A DNA stretch of 46,442 nt from Gemmatimonadota bacterium (GCA_003221005.1 QHTZ01000082.1:1-46442); one strand, 5' to 3'. Positions 27,409-37,098 are shown, counted from the first letter of the stretch. Numbers and translations: made by a program. Notes: generated by a model from the sequence alone, not told the origin.

Positions 27409-27603
27409 TTACGACTTTTTCTTCGTGGCGGGCGCCGCGGGCGGCGTCATCTTCTTGGACGTGTCCATCATCATGTGCTTCGATGTGTCGCCCATCATCA
27501 TCATTTGATGCGATGTGTCGGCGGTCGAGGCGGCGGGCTTCTGCTCGCCCTTCGAACACCCGGCCAGAGCAACGACGGCCATGACGAATGCGATGCGCTT
27601 CAT
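27409..27603 (-). CDS. 64-aa Met/His-rich lipoprotein
   Basis: MKRIAFVMAVVALAGC lipobox, GAGG SD, own promoter and terminator. It is the C-terminal part of listed ORF 27409..28950. Confidence 0.85.
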   Translation of the reverse strand: MKRIAFVMAVVALAGCSKGEQKPAASTADTSHQMMMMGDTSKHMMMDTSKKMTPPAAPATKKKS

Positions 27604-27658
27604 GCGGACGACCTCACGATAAGAGAATGCTCGTTGCAGCGGGGTGTGCGCGCGGCAT

Positions 27659-27686
27659 AAGCTAGCGGTGACCCCTTCGGAGTCAA
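27659..27686 (-). promoter_or_regulatory. Putative sigma70 promoter of the lipoprotein gene
   Basis: Minus strand TTGACT-16 nt-TAGCTT. Confidence 0.5.
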
Positions 27687-27766
27687 GACCGCGCCACATC
27701 AGCGTATATTCGGGGCCTCGCCCGATGGCTCGTGACCAGGGCACGGGCGCCACAGGGAGGCCCACC

Positions 27767-27823
27767 ATGCCGGAGACAGGCGGTTTCGGGCTGGGACACC
27801 GTCGCGCCAGCCGAGGGAGATGA
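27767..27823 (+). CDS. Candidate 18-aa leader ORF (MPETGGFGLGHRRASRGR)
   Basis: GGGAGG 6 nt upstream of the ATG. Its stop overlaps the next start as ATGA. Confidence 0.35.
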   Translation: MPETGGFGLGHRRASRGR

Positions 27824-30780
27824 CGGACCGGCGCAGCTTCCTGGGCTGGCTCGCTTCCGTGTCCACCGCCGTCGGGCGGTCCGGCCGTCGCGCGAGGAGC
27901 GCACCGGTTCTCACCGTCGACGCGCGGCCCACCGCGCTGTTCCAGCAGCCTGACGGGCACAACAACCTCATACGGCTCACCGTCACCGGGCTCGACGCGC
28001 CGGCGGGGCGGGCGCGAGTCACCGATCGCCGCGGGACGCTCGTAGGCACGGCCGGCCTGCTGCCGGCGGAGAGCGGCACCGTGTTCACGGGCGAGGTCTG
28101 GGTCCCTCTCGCCGGCCCGGCGGAATTTCAGATCGAAGTGCAGGTGGGGAAGCAGCGGGTGGGCCGCCAGCGCGTGCGCCTCGCGCCCCCGCGTCGCTGG
28201 ACCCTGTACTGGCTCTCCGCGAATCACACCCAGATCGGGTACACCGATCTGCAGGAGCGTTGCCTCGAGATCCACCGCGAGAATCTCGACGCCGCGCTCG
28301 ACCGTCTCGCCGCGCATCCCGACTACCGCTGGACAGCGGAGTGCGCCTACCAGGTGATCTCCTACGTGGAGAACCGGCCGCCGGCCGCCGGCGACGCGTT
28401 GCTCCGGGCGATCCGCGACGGCAAAGTGGGCTTCCAGGCGTTGTTCGCGAACGTCCTGACGGGGCTGCTCGACCACGAGACGTACGCGCGCCTCGCGTGG
28501 CCCGCGGGGCTGCTCGCGCGCGAGCATGGCCTGGGCTTCGCGAGCGCCCAGCTCACCGCCGTGCCTGGTCAGCCCCTCACCTTTCCCCTCGTGCTCGCGG
28601 CGAGCGGTGTGCGTTATCTCGCCACGGGCCCGAATCCAGAGCGCGCCCTCCCGCTGCTGCCTCCTGATGAGGCCGCGCGCCACCACCTCACCGGGGAGTG
28701 GACGACGTATCCGCAGCTTTACTGGTGGGAGGGCCCCGACGGCAGTCGCGTGCTGCACTGGCGGGGACTGGACTACGGGGACGCCCTGCGCTTCGGCTTT
28801 GATCAGGGACCGGACGTGATGGCGCACCGGCTGTCCGACTGGCTGCTCTCCAGCCCCGTCTTGGTTTCTCCCGCGTATCCGTACGACGTCGCGCTGTTGT
28901 ACGGGGCGCAGCGCGACAACCAAGTGATGGACGAGCAGCTGATCGGCCACATGGAGGACTTCAATCGGCGGTTCGCATTCCCGCGGATCGTACCGGGGCG
29001 CGCCGAGGATTTCTTTCGCGCGGTGGAGCAGCGGTACGGCCGTGTTCTCCCCGTGCGGCGCGGCGACACCGGCCTCTACTGGGAGGACGGGGCAGCCTCG
29101 ACCGCGGCCGAGCTGGCGCGGTTCCGGAGCACTCAGCTCGCGGCCCGGGCGGCCGAGCTGCTGGGACTATGGGACGATCGCACGGAGCCGCCGGACGCGG
29201 CGCAGCGCGTCCGCGAGCGTGCGGCGCTGCGCCGGGCCGCCTGGCGCGACCTGCTGCTGTTCGCCGAGCACACGTGGGGAGCAGACGTCAGCGTCTCCGA
29301 CCCCGACTCGCGGCAGACTGTGGCGCAATGGGCGTATAAGCGGCGCTTTCTGGAGAGCGGGGCAGCGGCGGTCGCGCAGGAGCTCGTGGACGGCCTGCTG
29401 CGACTCGGCACGAGCACGGCTGCCGGGACTGGCCGCGTGGTGTTCAACGCGTCTTCCTGGCCGCGCAGCGACGTGGTGCACATCCCCGACGGTGCCGGCA
29501 GGCGCCTCACGTACGCCGACCGCGAGCTTCCCGGCGTGGACCTCCCCGACGGCTCCTCCCTGGTGGTGGTGCGAGACGTCCCCGCGCTCGGGTACCTGCG
29601 CCTCAGCGAGACCGACCGGCCGCCCAACCCTGCTGTAGACGAAGGCTCGGCGCTCGAGGCTCAGGCGGGTGGCTTCCACGTGGTCCTGGACGCGCAGAGC
29701 GGCGCGGTCCGCTCGCTCACGGGGCCCGACGGCAAGGATCGCGTCAACCCGAAGGTCTGGGCAGGCGTGAATCAGATGGTGCGCGTCACGGGCGGCCCGC
29801 GTACAGCGCTCTGGACCGGGTGGCCCCGCGACGACCTCGCGACCCCGCCGGACCTGCGCATGGCGCAAGCAGAGCTCATTGCCGCACGGCGCGAGCGTCT
29901 GCCGGGAATCGGCGTGCGCCTAGTGGCCCAGCGGCGGCTCGAGGGCTTCACGAGCCTCACTTCAGTCGTAACGCTGTACGACGAGCTGCCGTGGGTGGAC
30001 CTCGAGAACCGGCTGACGAAGACGCCGACCTTGGAAAAGGAAGCGGTGTACGTCGCCTTTCCCTTCGCGCTCGCCCGGCCCACCGTCGAGATCGAGGTGC
30101 CGCTCGGCCGGATGACGGTGGAGCGCGACCAGCAGCCCGGGAGCTGTCGTGACTGGTACTGCCACACGCACTGGGTGTGGCTGCACGAAGCAGCGGACGG
30201 CGTCCTGTGGAGCGGGCCGGACACGCCCCTGTGCACGCTCGGTGACGTGTTCCGCGGAGCGTGGCACCGGCGGATCGAGCCCGACGGGACGCTGTTCGCG
30301 TATGCGATGCACAACTACTGGCACACGAACTTCGCCGCGCGGCAGGGCGGCGAGGCGAGCTTCCGCTTCCGGTTGTCGCTGCTCGCGCCCGGGGGCGACG
30401 CGGCGGAGCCAGTGCGACGCGGGTGGGCGGCGGCCGACCCGCTGTACGTGAGCGCCCGGTTCACCAACGCCGTCGCAGGGCCGCTCATCGACAAGGACAG
30501 CGCGCTGTTCCTCGCCGACCGCGGCGCGCTGGTCGTGGGCGCCAAGCGCGCCGACGACGGTGAGGGGGCGATCGTGAAGCTGCTCGACGTCGCGGGGACG
30601 AGGCGTCCCGTCGGTGTATGGCCGGCGGCGTACCGCTTTGCGCAGGCCCGCCGCGTGGATTTGGTAGAACACAATGGGGACCCGCTCACGGTCGCGAGCG
30701 ACGGAAGTACGGCGCTCGACCTCGCGGCGTGGGGGGTCGCCGCGGCCCGGCTCTTTACACGGCGTGACCCCGTCCATTAA
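27820..30780 (+). CDS. Glycoside hydrolase family 38-like protein with Tat-like signal; catalytic residues appear altered
   Basis: DRRSFL twin-Arg, HTQIGYTD, YWWEGPDGSRVL, YWEDG, EHTWG, NYWHTNFAARQGG and a C-terminal beta domain. Confidence 0.8.
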   Translation: MTDRRSFLGWLASVSTAVGRSGRRARSAPVLTVDARPTALFQQPDGHNNLIRLTVTGLDAPAGRARVTDRRGTLVGTAGLLPAESGTVFTGEVWVPLAGPAEFQIEVQVGKQRVGRQRVRLAPPRRWTLYWLSANHTQIGYTDLQERCLEIHRENLDAALDRLAAHPDYRWTAECAYQVISYVENRPPAAGDALLRAIRDGKVGFQALFANVLTGLLDHETYARLAWPAGLLAREHGLGFASAQLTAVPGQPLTFPLVLAASGVRYLATGPNPERALPLLPPDEAARHHLTGEWTTYPQLYWWEGPDGSRVLHWRGLDYGDALRFGFDQGPDVMAHRLSDWLLSSPVLVSPAYPYDVALLYGAQRDNQVMDEQLIGHMEDFNRRFAFPRIVPGRAEDFFRAVEQRYGRVLPVRRGDTGLYWEDGAASTAAELARFRSTQLAARAAELLGLWDDRTEPPDAAQRVRERAALRRAAWRDLLLFAEHTWGADVSVSDPDSRQTVAQWAYKRRFLESGAAAVAQELVDGLLRLGTSTAAGTGRVVFNASSWPRSDVVHIPDGAGRRLTYADRELPGVDLPDGSSLVVVRDVPALGYLRLSETDRPPNPAVDEGSALEAQAGGFHVVLDAQSGAVRSLTGPDGKDRVNPKVWAGVNQMVRVTGGPRTALWTGWPRDDLATPPDLRMAQAELIAARRERLPGIGVRLVAQRRLEGFTSLTSVVTLYDELPWVDLENRLTKTPTLEKEAVYVAFPFALARPTVEIEVPLGRMTVERDQQPGSCRDWYCHTHWVWLHEAADGVLWSGPDTPLCTLGDVFRGAWHRRIEPDGTLFAYAMHNYWHTNFAARQGGEASFRFRLSLLAPGGDAAEPVRRGWAAADPLYVSARFTNAVAGPLIDKDSALFLADRGALVVGAKRADDGEGAIVKLLDVAGTRRPVGVWPAAYRFAQARRVDLVEHNGDPLTVASDGSTALDLAAWGVAAARLFTRRDPVH

Positions 30781-30789
30781 TCTCGACCC

Positions 30790-32271
30790 ATGACGAAAGC
30801 CACTACCCTTGGCGAATTGAAGCAGACGGAGTGGGCCAGCCCCGCACGCCTGCGTCGCACCGTGAAGGACGAGCTGCGCGACAACCTGGTCTGCCTGCTC
30901 GAGAACGGGTCACCCCTGTTCCCGGGCATCGTGGGCTACGAGGACACCGTCATCCCGCAGCTCGTGACCGCCGTCCTGTCGCGGCACAACTTCATCCTGC
31001 TCGGCCTGCGCGGGCAGGCGAAGAGCCGCATCCTCCGGGCGCTCGTGCTGCTGCTCGACGAGGAGATTCCCATCCTGGCGGGGAGCGAGGTCAACGACGA
31101 CCCGTTCCGCCCGATCTCGAAGTACGGCCGCGAGCTGCTGGCCGAGCGGGGCGACGAGGCGCCGATCGCGTGGCTGCCGCGCGATTCACGGTACGTCGAG
31201 AAGCTCGCGACCCCCGACGTGACGATCGCCGACATCATCGGCGACGTGGACCCGATCAAGGCGGCCCGGGGCGGGCACCTGCTGTCGGACGAGCTCACGA
31301 TGCACTTCGGCCTGCTGCCCCGGGCGAACCGCGGGGTGTTCGCCATCAACGAGCTGCCCGACCTCGCCGGCAAGATCCAGGTCGGCCTGTTCAACGTCAT
31401 GCAGGAGGGGGACGTCCAGATCAAAGGCTACCCCGTCCGCCTGAACCTCGACGTGGCGCTCGTGTTCACCGCCAACCCGGAGGACTACACCGCGCGCGGC
31501 AAGATCATCACGCCCTTGAAGGACCGCCTCGGCTCGGAGATCGTGACGCATTACCCCCACACGGTCGAGCTCGGCGCCACGATCACCCAGCAGGAAGCGT
31601 GGCTCGACCGGCACGGCCGGCCGGTGCGCGTGCCGGACTTCATCGCCGAGCTGGTCGAGCGTGTGGCGTTCGAGGCGCGGGAGGACAAGCGCGTCGACCG
31701 GCGCAGCGGGGTGTCGCAGCGCCTGCCGATCTCGCTGCTCGAAAACGTGGTGTCCAACGCCGAGCGGCGCGCCCTCCGCACGAAGGAGAAGGTGGTAGTC
31801 CCCCGCGTCTCGGACGTGTACGCCGCGCTCCCGGCGATCACCGGCAAGCTGGAGCTCGAGTACGAAGGCGAGCTCCAGGGGTCGGAGGTCATCGCCAAGG
31901 ATCTGATCCGGCGGGCGGCGGGGAAGACGTTCGAAGCGCGGGTCGGCGGGGCGAACGTCGACGACATCGTGCACTGGTTCGACGAGGGCGGCGCCCTCAA
32001 GATCTCCGTGGACGAGCGCGCCGAGACCTGCCTCAAGGGGTTCAGCGTAGTCCCGGGCCTGCTCGATCTCGTGGATCAGGTGGGACTCGCCGCGAAAAAG
32101 GATCCGCCCACCATGGTGTCCGCGTGCGAGCTGGTGCTCGAGGGGCTCGTCGCCGAGAAGCGCATCTCGCGGACCGAGGAGCTGGGGTACGTGCGGGTGC
32201 GCGCGGAGCCGAAAGGGCCCGGGTACGGGAAGACGGGCGGTGGAGGCACCGGGCCGAATCTGTTTTCTTGA
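30790..32271 (+). CDS. Magnesium-chelatase/MoxR-like AAA+ ATPase
   Basis: GLRGQAKS Walker A variant, [20 protein letters not shown] and [19 protein letters not shown]. Confidence 0.88.
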   Translation: MTKATTLGELKQTEWASPARLRRTVKDELRDNLVCLLENGSPLFPGIVGYEDTVIPQLVTAVLSRHNFILLGLRGQAKSRILRALVLLLDEEIPILAGSEVNDDPFRPISKYGRELLAERGDEAPIAWLPRDSRYVEKLATPDVTIADIIGDVDPIKAARGGHLLSDELTMHFGLLPRANRGVFAINELPDLAGKIQVGLFNVMQEGDVQIKGYPVRLNLDVALVFTANPEDYTARGKIITPLKDRLGSEIVTHYPHTVELGATITQQEAWLDRHGRPVRVPDFIAELVERVAFEAREDKRVDRRSGVSQRLPISLLENVVSNAERRALRTKEKVVVPRVSDVYAALPAITGKLELEYEGELQGSEVIAKDLIRRAAGKTFEARVGGANVDDIVHWFDEGGALKISVDERAETCLKGFSVVPGLLDLVDQVGLAAKKDPPTMVSACELVLEGLVAEKRISRTEELGYVRVRAEPKGPGYGKTGGGGTGPNLFS

Positions 32272-32324
32272 GACATCAGACGTCAGACGTCAGGGCTCTC
32301 TGATGTCTGACGTCTGACGTCTCA
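32269..32324. repeat. Near-perfect palindrome of 7-nt tandem repeats (TCAGACG family)
   Basis: TGAGACATCAGACGTCAGACGTCAG-6 nt-CTGATGTCTGACGTCTGACGTCTCA, starting at the ATPase stop codon. Confidence 0.92.
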
Positions 32325-32363
32325 GGCAGTATCTTCTCCCACCGTCCCCCCTTCGGAGTCCCC

Positions 32364-33284
32364 ATGGAAAAGCTCGTCGCCGGCGCGGTCCTGCTGGTTG
32401 TCGCGTTCGGCGTGCTCATCGCCGCCGCCGCCTTCAAGGCACAGCGACCCGGCCCCTTCGTGTCGCTGCTGCGCATCGGCGGCTACGCCGTCGCCCTCGT
32501 GGGCGTGTTCCTGCTGCTCGGCTCCGCGATGGTGGTGATCGATCCGGGTGAAGTCGGCGTGCGGCACGCGTTCGGCTACGTGGCTCCGTCACCGCTCCTC
32601 TCCGGCATCCGGTTCGTGCCGCCCTGGTCGTCCATCGAGCGGTTCTCGACGCGCGAAGAGCAGTGGCCCACGCGCGGCGAGCAGATCGAGGCGATCGAGG
32701 CGCTCTCGAGCGAGCAAATGGGGATGCACGTCGAGGTCTCGATCCGCTGGCAGATCGACCCGATGCAAGCGCCCAAGATCTTCACCGAGATCGGCAACGA
32801 AGACCAGATCCGCGGCGCGGTGCTGAACGCGATCCGCAAGGGCGTGCGCGACGGCATGGTAGAGTTCTCGATCAACGACATCTCGAAGCGCACCCGGATC
32901 GCGAACACCATGGAGGGGCTCGTAGACTCGGCGCTCGTGACGACGCCACGCGCGGGGGGCGGCAACTTCCGCATCGCGACCGTCACCGCGTTCTTCCTGC
33001 GGGATCTCCAGCCCCCCGCTCAGGTCGTCCAGGCGATCAACAACAAGATCGCGCAGGAGCAGCAGATCGAAACCGAGCGGCACCGCGTGGAAGTCGCGCG
33101 GCTCCAGACCGAGCAGCAGCGGCTCTTGAACCAGACCCTGTCCCCCGAAGCGCTCACCAAGCAATGGATCGAGGTGCTGCACGACATGAGGAACTCCAGC
33201 AACCTCATCATCTTCGTGCCGACCGAGGGGGGCCTGCCCTTGCTCAACATCGGAGACCTGCGCAAGAACCTGAGACAGCCCTGA
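32364..33284 (+). CDS. SPFH/band 7 (prohibitin-like) membrane protein
   Basis: Two N-terminal TM segments, VIDPGEVGVR, and a coiled coil QAINNKIAQEQQIE. Confidence 0.85.
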   Translation: MEKLVAGAVLLVVAFGVLIAAAAFKAQRPGPFVSLLRIGGYAVALVGVFLLLGSAMVVIDPGEVGVRHAFGYVAPSPLLSGIRFVPPWSSIERFSTREEQWPTRGEQIEAIEALSSEQMGMHVEVSIRWQIDPMQAPKIFTEIGNEDQIRGAVLNAIRKGVRDGMVEFSINDISKRTRIANTMEGLVDSALVTTPRAGGGNFRIATVTAFFLRDLQPPAQVVQAINNKIAQEQQIETERHRVEVARLQTEQQRLLNQTLSPEALTKQWIEVLHDMRNSSNLIIFVPTEGGLPLLNIGDLRKNLRQP

Positions 33285-33919
33285 TGGCGTCCCCGGTCAT
33301 CACCATCACCCGCCAGTACGCCTCCGGGGGATCCGAGATCGCCCGGCTGGTGGCGGAGGCGCTCGGGTGGGAGGTGATCGACAACGAGTTCGTGGAGGAG
33401 GTGGCGCGGCGCGCGGGGCTCCCGGCCGATGAGGTGGCGCAGCGCGACGAGCGCGCGCCGGGGCTGCTCGAGCGCCTGGCCCGCACCCTGGCGGTCGGAT
33501 CCCCCGAGATGTTCCTGGCGGCCGTCACGGCGCCGCCGGTCGAGCGGGACGAGGCGACGATCGTGAAGGTGACGGAGCGGGTGATCGCCGAGGCCGCGGC
33601 GCACGGGCGGATCGTGCTGGTCGGGCGGGGCGCGCAGGCGGTGCTCGCGCAGCGGCCCGACGCGCTGCACGTGTACGTCGTGGCCTCCAAGCCGTGGCGG
33701 ATGCAGCTGGCAGTGGAGCGCCTCGGCGTGCCGGCCGCGACCGTGGACAAGGCCGTGGACGAGATCGACCACCGGCGCGACCAGTACGTGAAGACCTACT
33801 ACGGGCGCGCCCGGCACGACGTGGTGAACTACGACCTGGTGGTGAACGCGGAGCGGCTGGGAATCGAAGGGGCGGCGGCGGCGATCGTGGGGGAGGCGAG
33901 ACGGAGAGGCTGGAAATGA
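33284..33919 (+). CDS. Cytidylate kinase-like family protein
   Basis: VITITRQYASGGSEIA, VLVGRGAQ, DHRRDQYVKTYY and YDLVVN. Confidence 0.88.
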   Translation: MASPVITITRQYASGGSEIARLVAEALGWEVIDNEFVEEVARRAGLPADEVAQRDERAPGLLERLARTLAVGSPEMFLAAVTAPPVERDEATIVKVTERVIAEAAAHGRIVLVGRGAQAVLAQRPDALHVYVVASKPWRMQLAVERLGVPAATVDKAVDEIDHRRDQYVKTYYGRARHDVVNYDLVVNAERLGIEGAAAAIVGEARRRGWK

Positions 33920-33978
33920 ACGGGGAACGCGGAACATCGTCTGTCATGCCCCGTTCCGCGTTCCCACTTCCGCGTTCA
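33917..33978. repeat. Inverted 7-nt tandem repeats (GCGGAAC family) between convergent genes
   Basis: TGAACGGGGAACGCGGAAC ... GTTCCGCGTTCCCACTTCCGCGTTCA. Both ends coincide with stop codons. Confidence 0.85.
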
Positions 33979-35195
33979 CGCTTTTCGCAGCTCCGGTGCC
34001 CGCCACGCCGCGAGCGCTACCGCGATCAGGCACCCCGCGCCGCCGACGCCGATCGCGAACGGCGCGCTCGTGTGCTCCGCGAGGAGGCCCGCTAGGAACG
34101 CCCCCAGCGGCGCCATGCCGACGAACACGAAGGCGTAGAACGCCATCACCCGCCCGCGCAGCTCGTCGGGGACGAGGGTCTGGAGCATGGTGTTGGCGAG
34201 CGCGGTGGTCACGATCATGGCGCAGCCGGCGAGCGCCAGCAGCAGCAGCGCCGTCGCGAAGCTGCGCGCCGCCGCAAACGCGACCAGCAGGGCCGCGAAC
34301 GCCGCGCCGCCGTTCAGGAGGGTCGAGCCCTTGCGCACACCGCGGCCGCGCAGGGCCAGAGCCAAGGCGCCGAGCATGGCGCCGATCCCCACCCCCGCCA
34401 TCAGGATTCCGTAGCCCCGGGCATCGGTGTGCAGCACGTCGCGCGCGACCACTGGCATCAGCACCAGGAACGGAAAGCCGAACACGCTGAACACCGCCAC
34501 CAGGACGACGAGCGCGAGCACGCGGGCATCGCTGCGGATGAAGCGCACGCCCACGCGGAAGCCCTCCCACGCCGTGGCGGCGGCGGGCCGCGGCGCGAAC
34601 GGCGCGAGCCGCATCGCCAGCAGGCTAGCGATGACGGCGATATAGCTCACGCCGTTCAGGAAGAAGCACATCCCTACCCCCGCCGCGCCGATCAGCACGC
34701 CCGCTACGGCGGGGCCGGCGATGCGCGCCGCGTTGAACATCGAAGAGTTGAGGGCAATGGCGTTCATCAGGTCGTCCTTGCCGACCAGCTCCACGATGAA
34801 TGCCTGGCGGCCGGGGATATCGAAGGCGTTCACCACGCCGAACCCCACGGCGAGCGCCATCACCTGCCACGTCGCGATCGATCTTGTCCACACGAGCAGC
34901 GCCAGCGCGAGCGCCTCCAGCATCTGCAGGAGCTGCGTCCACACAATGAGCCGGCGCTTGTCCACGCGATCTACCACGACACCGGCGTACAGGGCGAACA
35001 CGAGCACGCCGAGCGAGCGCAGCGCCTGGTTCAAGCCGACGGCGAATGGGAGTTGGTGATCTCAAGCACCAGCCAGCCGAGGGCGACCGACTGCATCCAC
35101 GTTCCAATGAGGGAAACGCCCTGACCGAAGAAGAACAGCCGGAAGTTGCGGTGGGCGAGCGCCCCGAGTCGCGATGCACCGGCGGCTTCCGTCAT
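33976..35195 (-). pseudogene. MFS transporter (MFS_3/DUF894-like) interrupted by a 1-nt frameshift near 35048-35050 (pseudogene or sequencing error)
   Basis: N-terminus [23 protein letters not shown] is in one frame and the remainder (DRVDKRRL, FDIPGRQAF, LRGRVMA) in another. Adding one C to CCC restores [10 protein letters not shown]. Confidence 0.85.
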
Positions 35196-35239
35196 TGCGG
35201 GAAAGCTCGCCGCGCCCCGATATTGGGGGTAGGGCACCG

Positions 35240-36538
35240 ATGAAATACACGACATACAGCCGCTACCTCCCCGAGCTGGCCGACACGATCAATCTCCAGG
35301 GCCTGCTCGACCAGCTCGCCGACTTCCTGCTGCAATCGGGCTTCGCCGGAGGCGCGTACTCGCACCCCTTCTGGGGCGAGTTCGGGGAGGACGATGCCGA
35401 CCGCTCGCTCGATGCCCTGCGCCAGGCGATCCTCCAAGCGCTGATGGAGTCGGGCCAGCTCACGCCCGAGATGCTCAAGCTGCTGCGCGGCGAATCGAGC
35501 GGCGATGCCGAGCGCGATGCCGATCTCCAGCGCCAGCTCTCCGAGCTGCTGGACAAGATCGTCCAGCGCCTGATCGAGGACGGCTACCTGAACGTCTCCG
35601 AGGCGCCCAAGATGCCGGCCGGGCAACAGCCGCTGCTCGGCCCCGGGGGGATGGCGAAGGAGGCCGCCCAGCAGGTGCAGTTCAACCTCACCGAGAAGGG
35701 CATCGACTTCCTCGGCTACCGCACCCTGAAGCACCTGCTTGGCAGCATCGGGAAGTCGAGCTTCGGCGCGCACGAGACCGAGCACCTCGCGACCGGGATC
35801 GAGGCCGAAGCGGCGAGCAAGCCTTACGAATACGGCGACACGCTCAACCTCGACGTCAACGCGACCCTGACGCACGCCCTGGAGCGCGAGGGACTCGGGG
35901 TCCCCATCAATCTCGAGTACGAGGACCTGCAGGTGCACCAGGCCGAGTACCGCTCGTCGTCGGCCACGGTGCTGATGCTCGACTGCTCGCACTCGATGAT
36001 CCTGTACGGCGAGGACCGGTTCACGCCGGCGAAGAAGGTGGCGCTCGCGCTCACGCACCTGATCCGCACCCAGTTCCCGGGCGACACGCTGCGCGTGGTG
36101 CTGTTCCACGACACGGCCGAGGAAATCCCGCTCGCCCAGCTGGCGCGCGCCCAGGTCGGGCCGTACCACACCAACACCGCCGAAGGCCTCAAACTGTCGC
36201 GCCGCATGCTGATGTCGCAGCGCAAGGACATGCGCCAGATCATCATGATTACGGACGGCAAGCCGTCGGCGCTCACCCTCCCCGACGGCCGCATCTACGT
36301 GAACTCGATGGGGCTCGACCCGCAGATCCTCCAGGCCACCTATCGCGAAGTCGCCCTGTGCCGCCGCAACGGCATCCTGATCAACACGTTCATGCTGGCG
36401 CGGGACCGCAGCCTGGTGGAGTTCGTGAAGAAGGTGAGCGCGATCTGCCGCGGCAAGGCCTACTTCACGAACACGATGACGCTCGGCCAGTTCATCCTGA
36501 TGGACTTCATGCGCAGGAAGACGCGGCGGGTGAGCTAG
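35240..36538 (+). CDS. vWA domain-containing protein, probable partner of the AAA+ ATPase
   Basis: MIDAS motif [13 protein letters not shown] and [11 protein letters not shown] at 35240. Confidence 0.9.
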   Translation: MKYTTYSRYLPELADTINLQGLLDQLADFLLQSGFAGGAYSHPFWGEFGEDDADRSLDALRQAILQALMESGQLTPEMLKLLRGESSGDAERDADLQRQLSELLDKIVQRLIEDGYLNVSEAPKMPAGQQPLLGPGGMAKEAAQQVQFNLTEKGIDFLGYRTLKHLLGSIGKSSFGAHETEHLATGIEAEAASKPYEYGDTLNLDVNATLTHALEREGLGVPINLEYEDLQVHQAEYRSSSATVLMLDCSHSMILYGEDRFTPAKKVALALTHLIRTQFPGDTLRVVLFHDTAEEIPLAQLARAQVGPYHTNTAEGLKLSRRMLMSQRKDMRQIIMITDGKPSALTLPDGRIYVNSMGLDPQILQATYREVALCRRNGILINTFMLARDRSLVEFVKKVSAICRGKAYFTNTMTLGQFILMDFMRRKTRRVS

Positions 36539-36599
36539 CCCGCGCAACGCTCCCTCCCGGGCGTACGTATTCCCTCTCGATCCCGACCTCGCCCCCTGG

Positions 36600-36626
36600 C
36601 CCCCTCTCCGCGATGCGGAGAGGGGG
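36600..36626. repeat. REP-like perfect hairpin
   Basis: CCCCCTCTCCGC-GAT-GCGGAGAGGGGG, with no U-tract. Confidence 0.75.
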
Positions 36627-36672
36627 AACGAAGGTGCGGTCTGTCGCGGACCTTCACACGGAGGAAGCTCAG

Positions 36673-37098
36673 ATGCGCACAATGCTCTGCTCCCTGATCG
36701 CGGCCCTCGGCATCGCCGCCACAGCCCCCGCGCAGCAACCGGCCCCACCCGCCGGTCCCCCGGGGATGATGGGCGGGGACTCGGCTGAGTTCGAATGGCT
36801 CGGGCTCACGGCCGACCAGCGCGCCAAGATCAAGGCGATCCGCGACCAGCTGCAGCAGCAGAACGCCCCGCTCCGCGAGCAGGTGCGCCAGATCACGGGC
36901 GGCCGCTCCTTCCGCGACCTGTCGCCTGCCGCGCGCGATTCCTTGCTCCCCAAGCTCCAGCCAATCCGGGACCAGATGATGGAAAACGGCCGCAAGGCGC
37001 ACGAGCAGATCGAAGCACTGCTCACGCCGGAACAGCGGAAGAAGCTGGCGCAGCACATGCGCGAGCACGGGATGCGGGGCGGGCCGCCGCCAGACTGA
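36673..37098 (+). CDS. Spy/CpxP family periplasmic chaperone
   Basis: Signal peptide, two LTxxQ motifs (LTADQR, LTPEQR) and a GGAGG SD. Confidence 0.85.
   Translation: MRTMLCSLIAALGIAATAPAQQPAPPAGPPGMMGGDSAEFEWLGLTADQRAKIKAIRDQLQQQNAPLREQVRQITGGRSFRDLSPAARDSLLPKLQPIRDQMMENGRKAHEQIEALLTPEQRKKLAQHMREHGMRGGPPPD

Noticed and set aside
27712-27780. ZMP/ZTP or cobalamin riboswitch (CGTGAC, GCCACAG, GGAGAC fragments)
   Set aside because: Only scattered short matches are present and the remaining conserved elements are missing. Kept only as an unclassified leader.
27604-28950. N-terminal ~450 aa of minus-strand ORF 27409..28950
   Set aside because: Antisense to the GH38-like gene. Only the last 64 codons have an SD, a lipobox and a promoter.
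35192-36748. 518-aa minus-strand ORF (similarly 44449..45909)
   Set aside because: Antisense shadows of the vWA and yitJ genes with no recognisable motifs.
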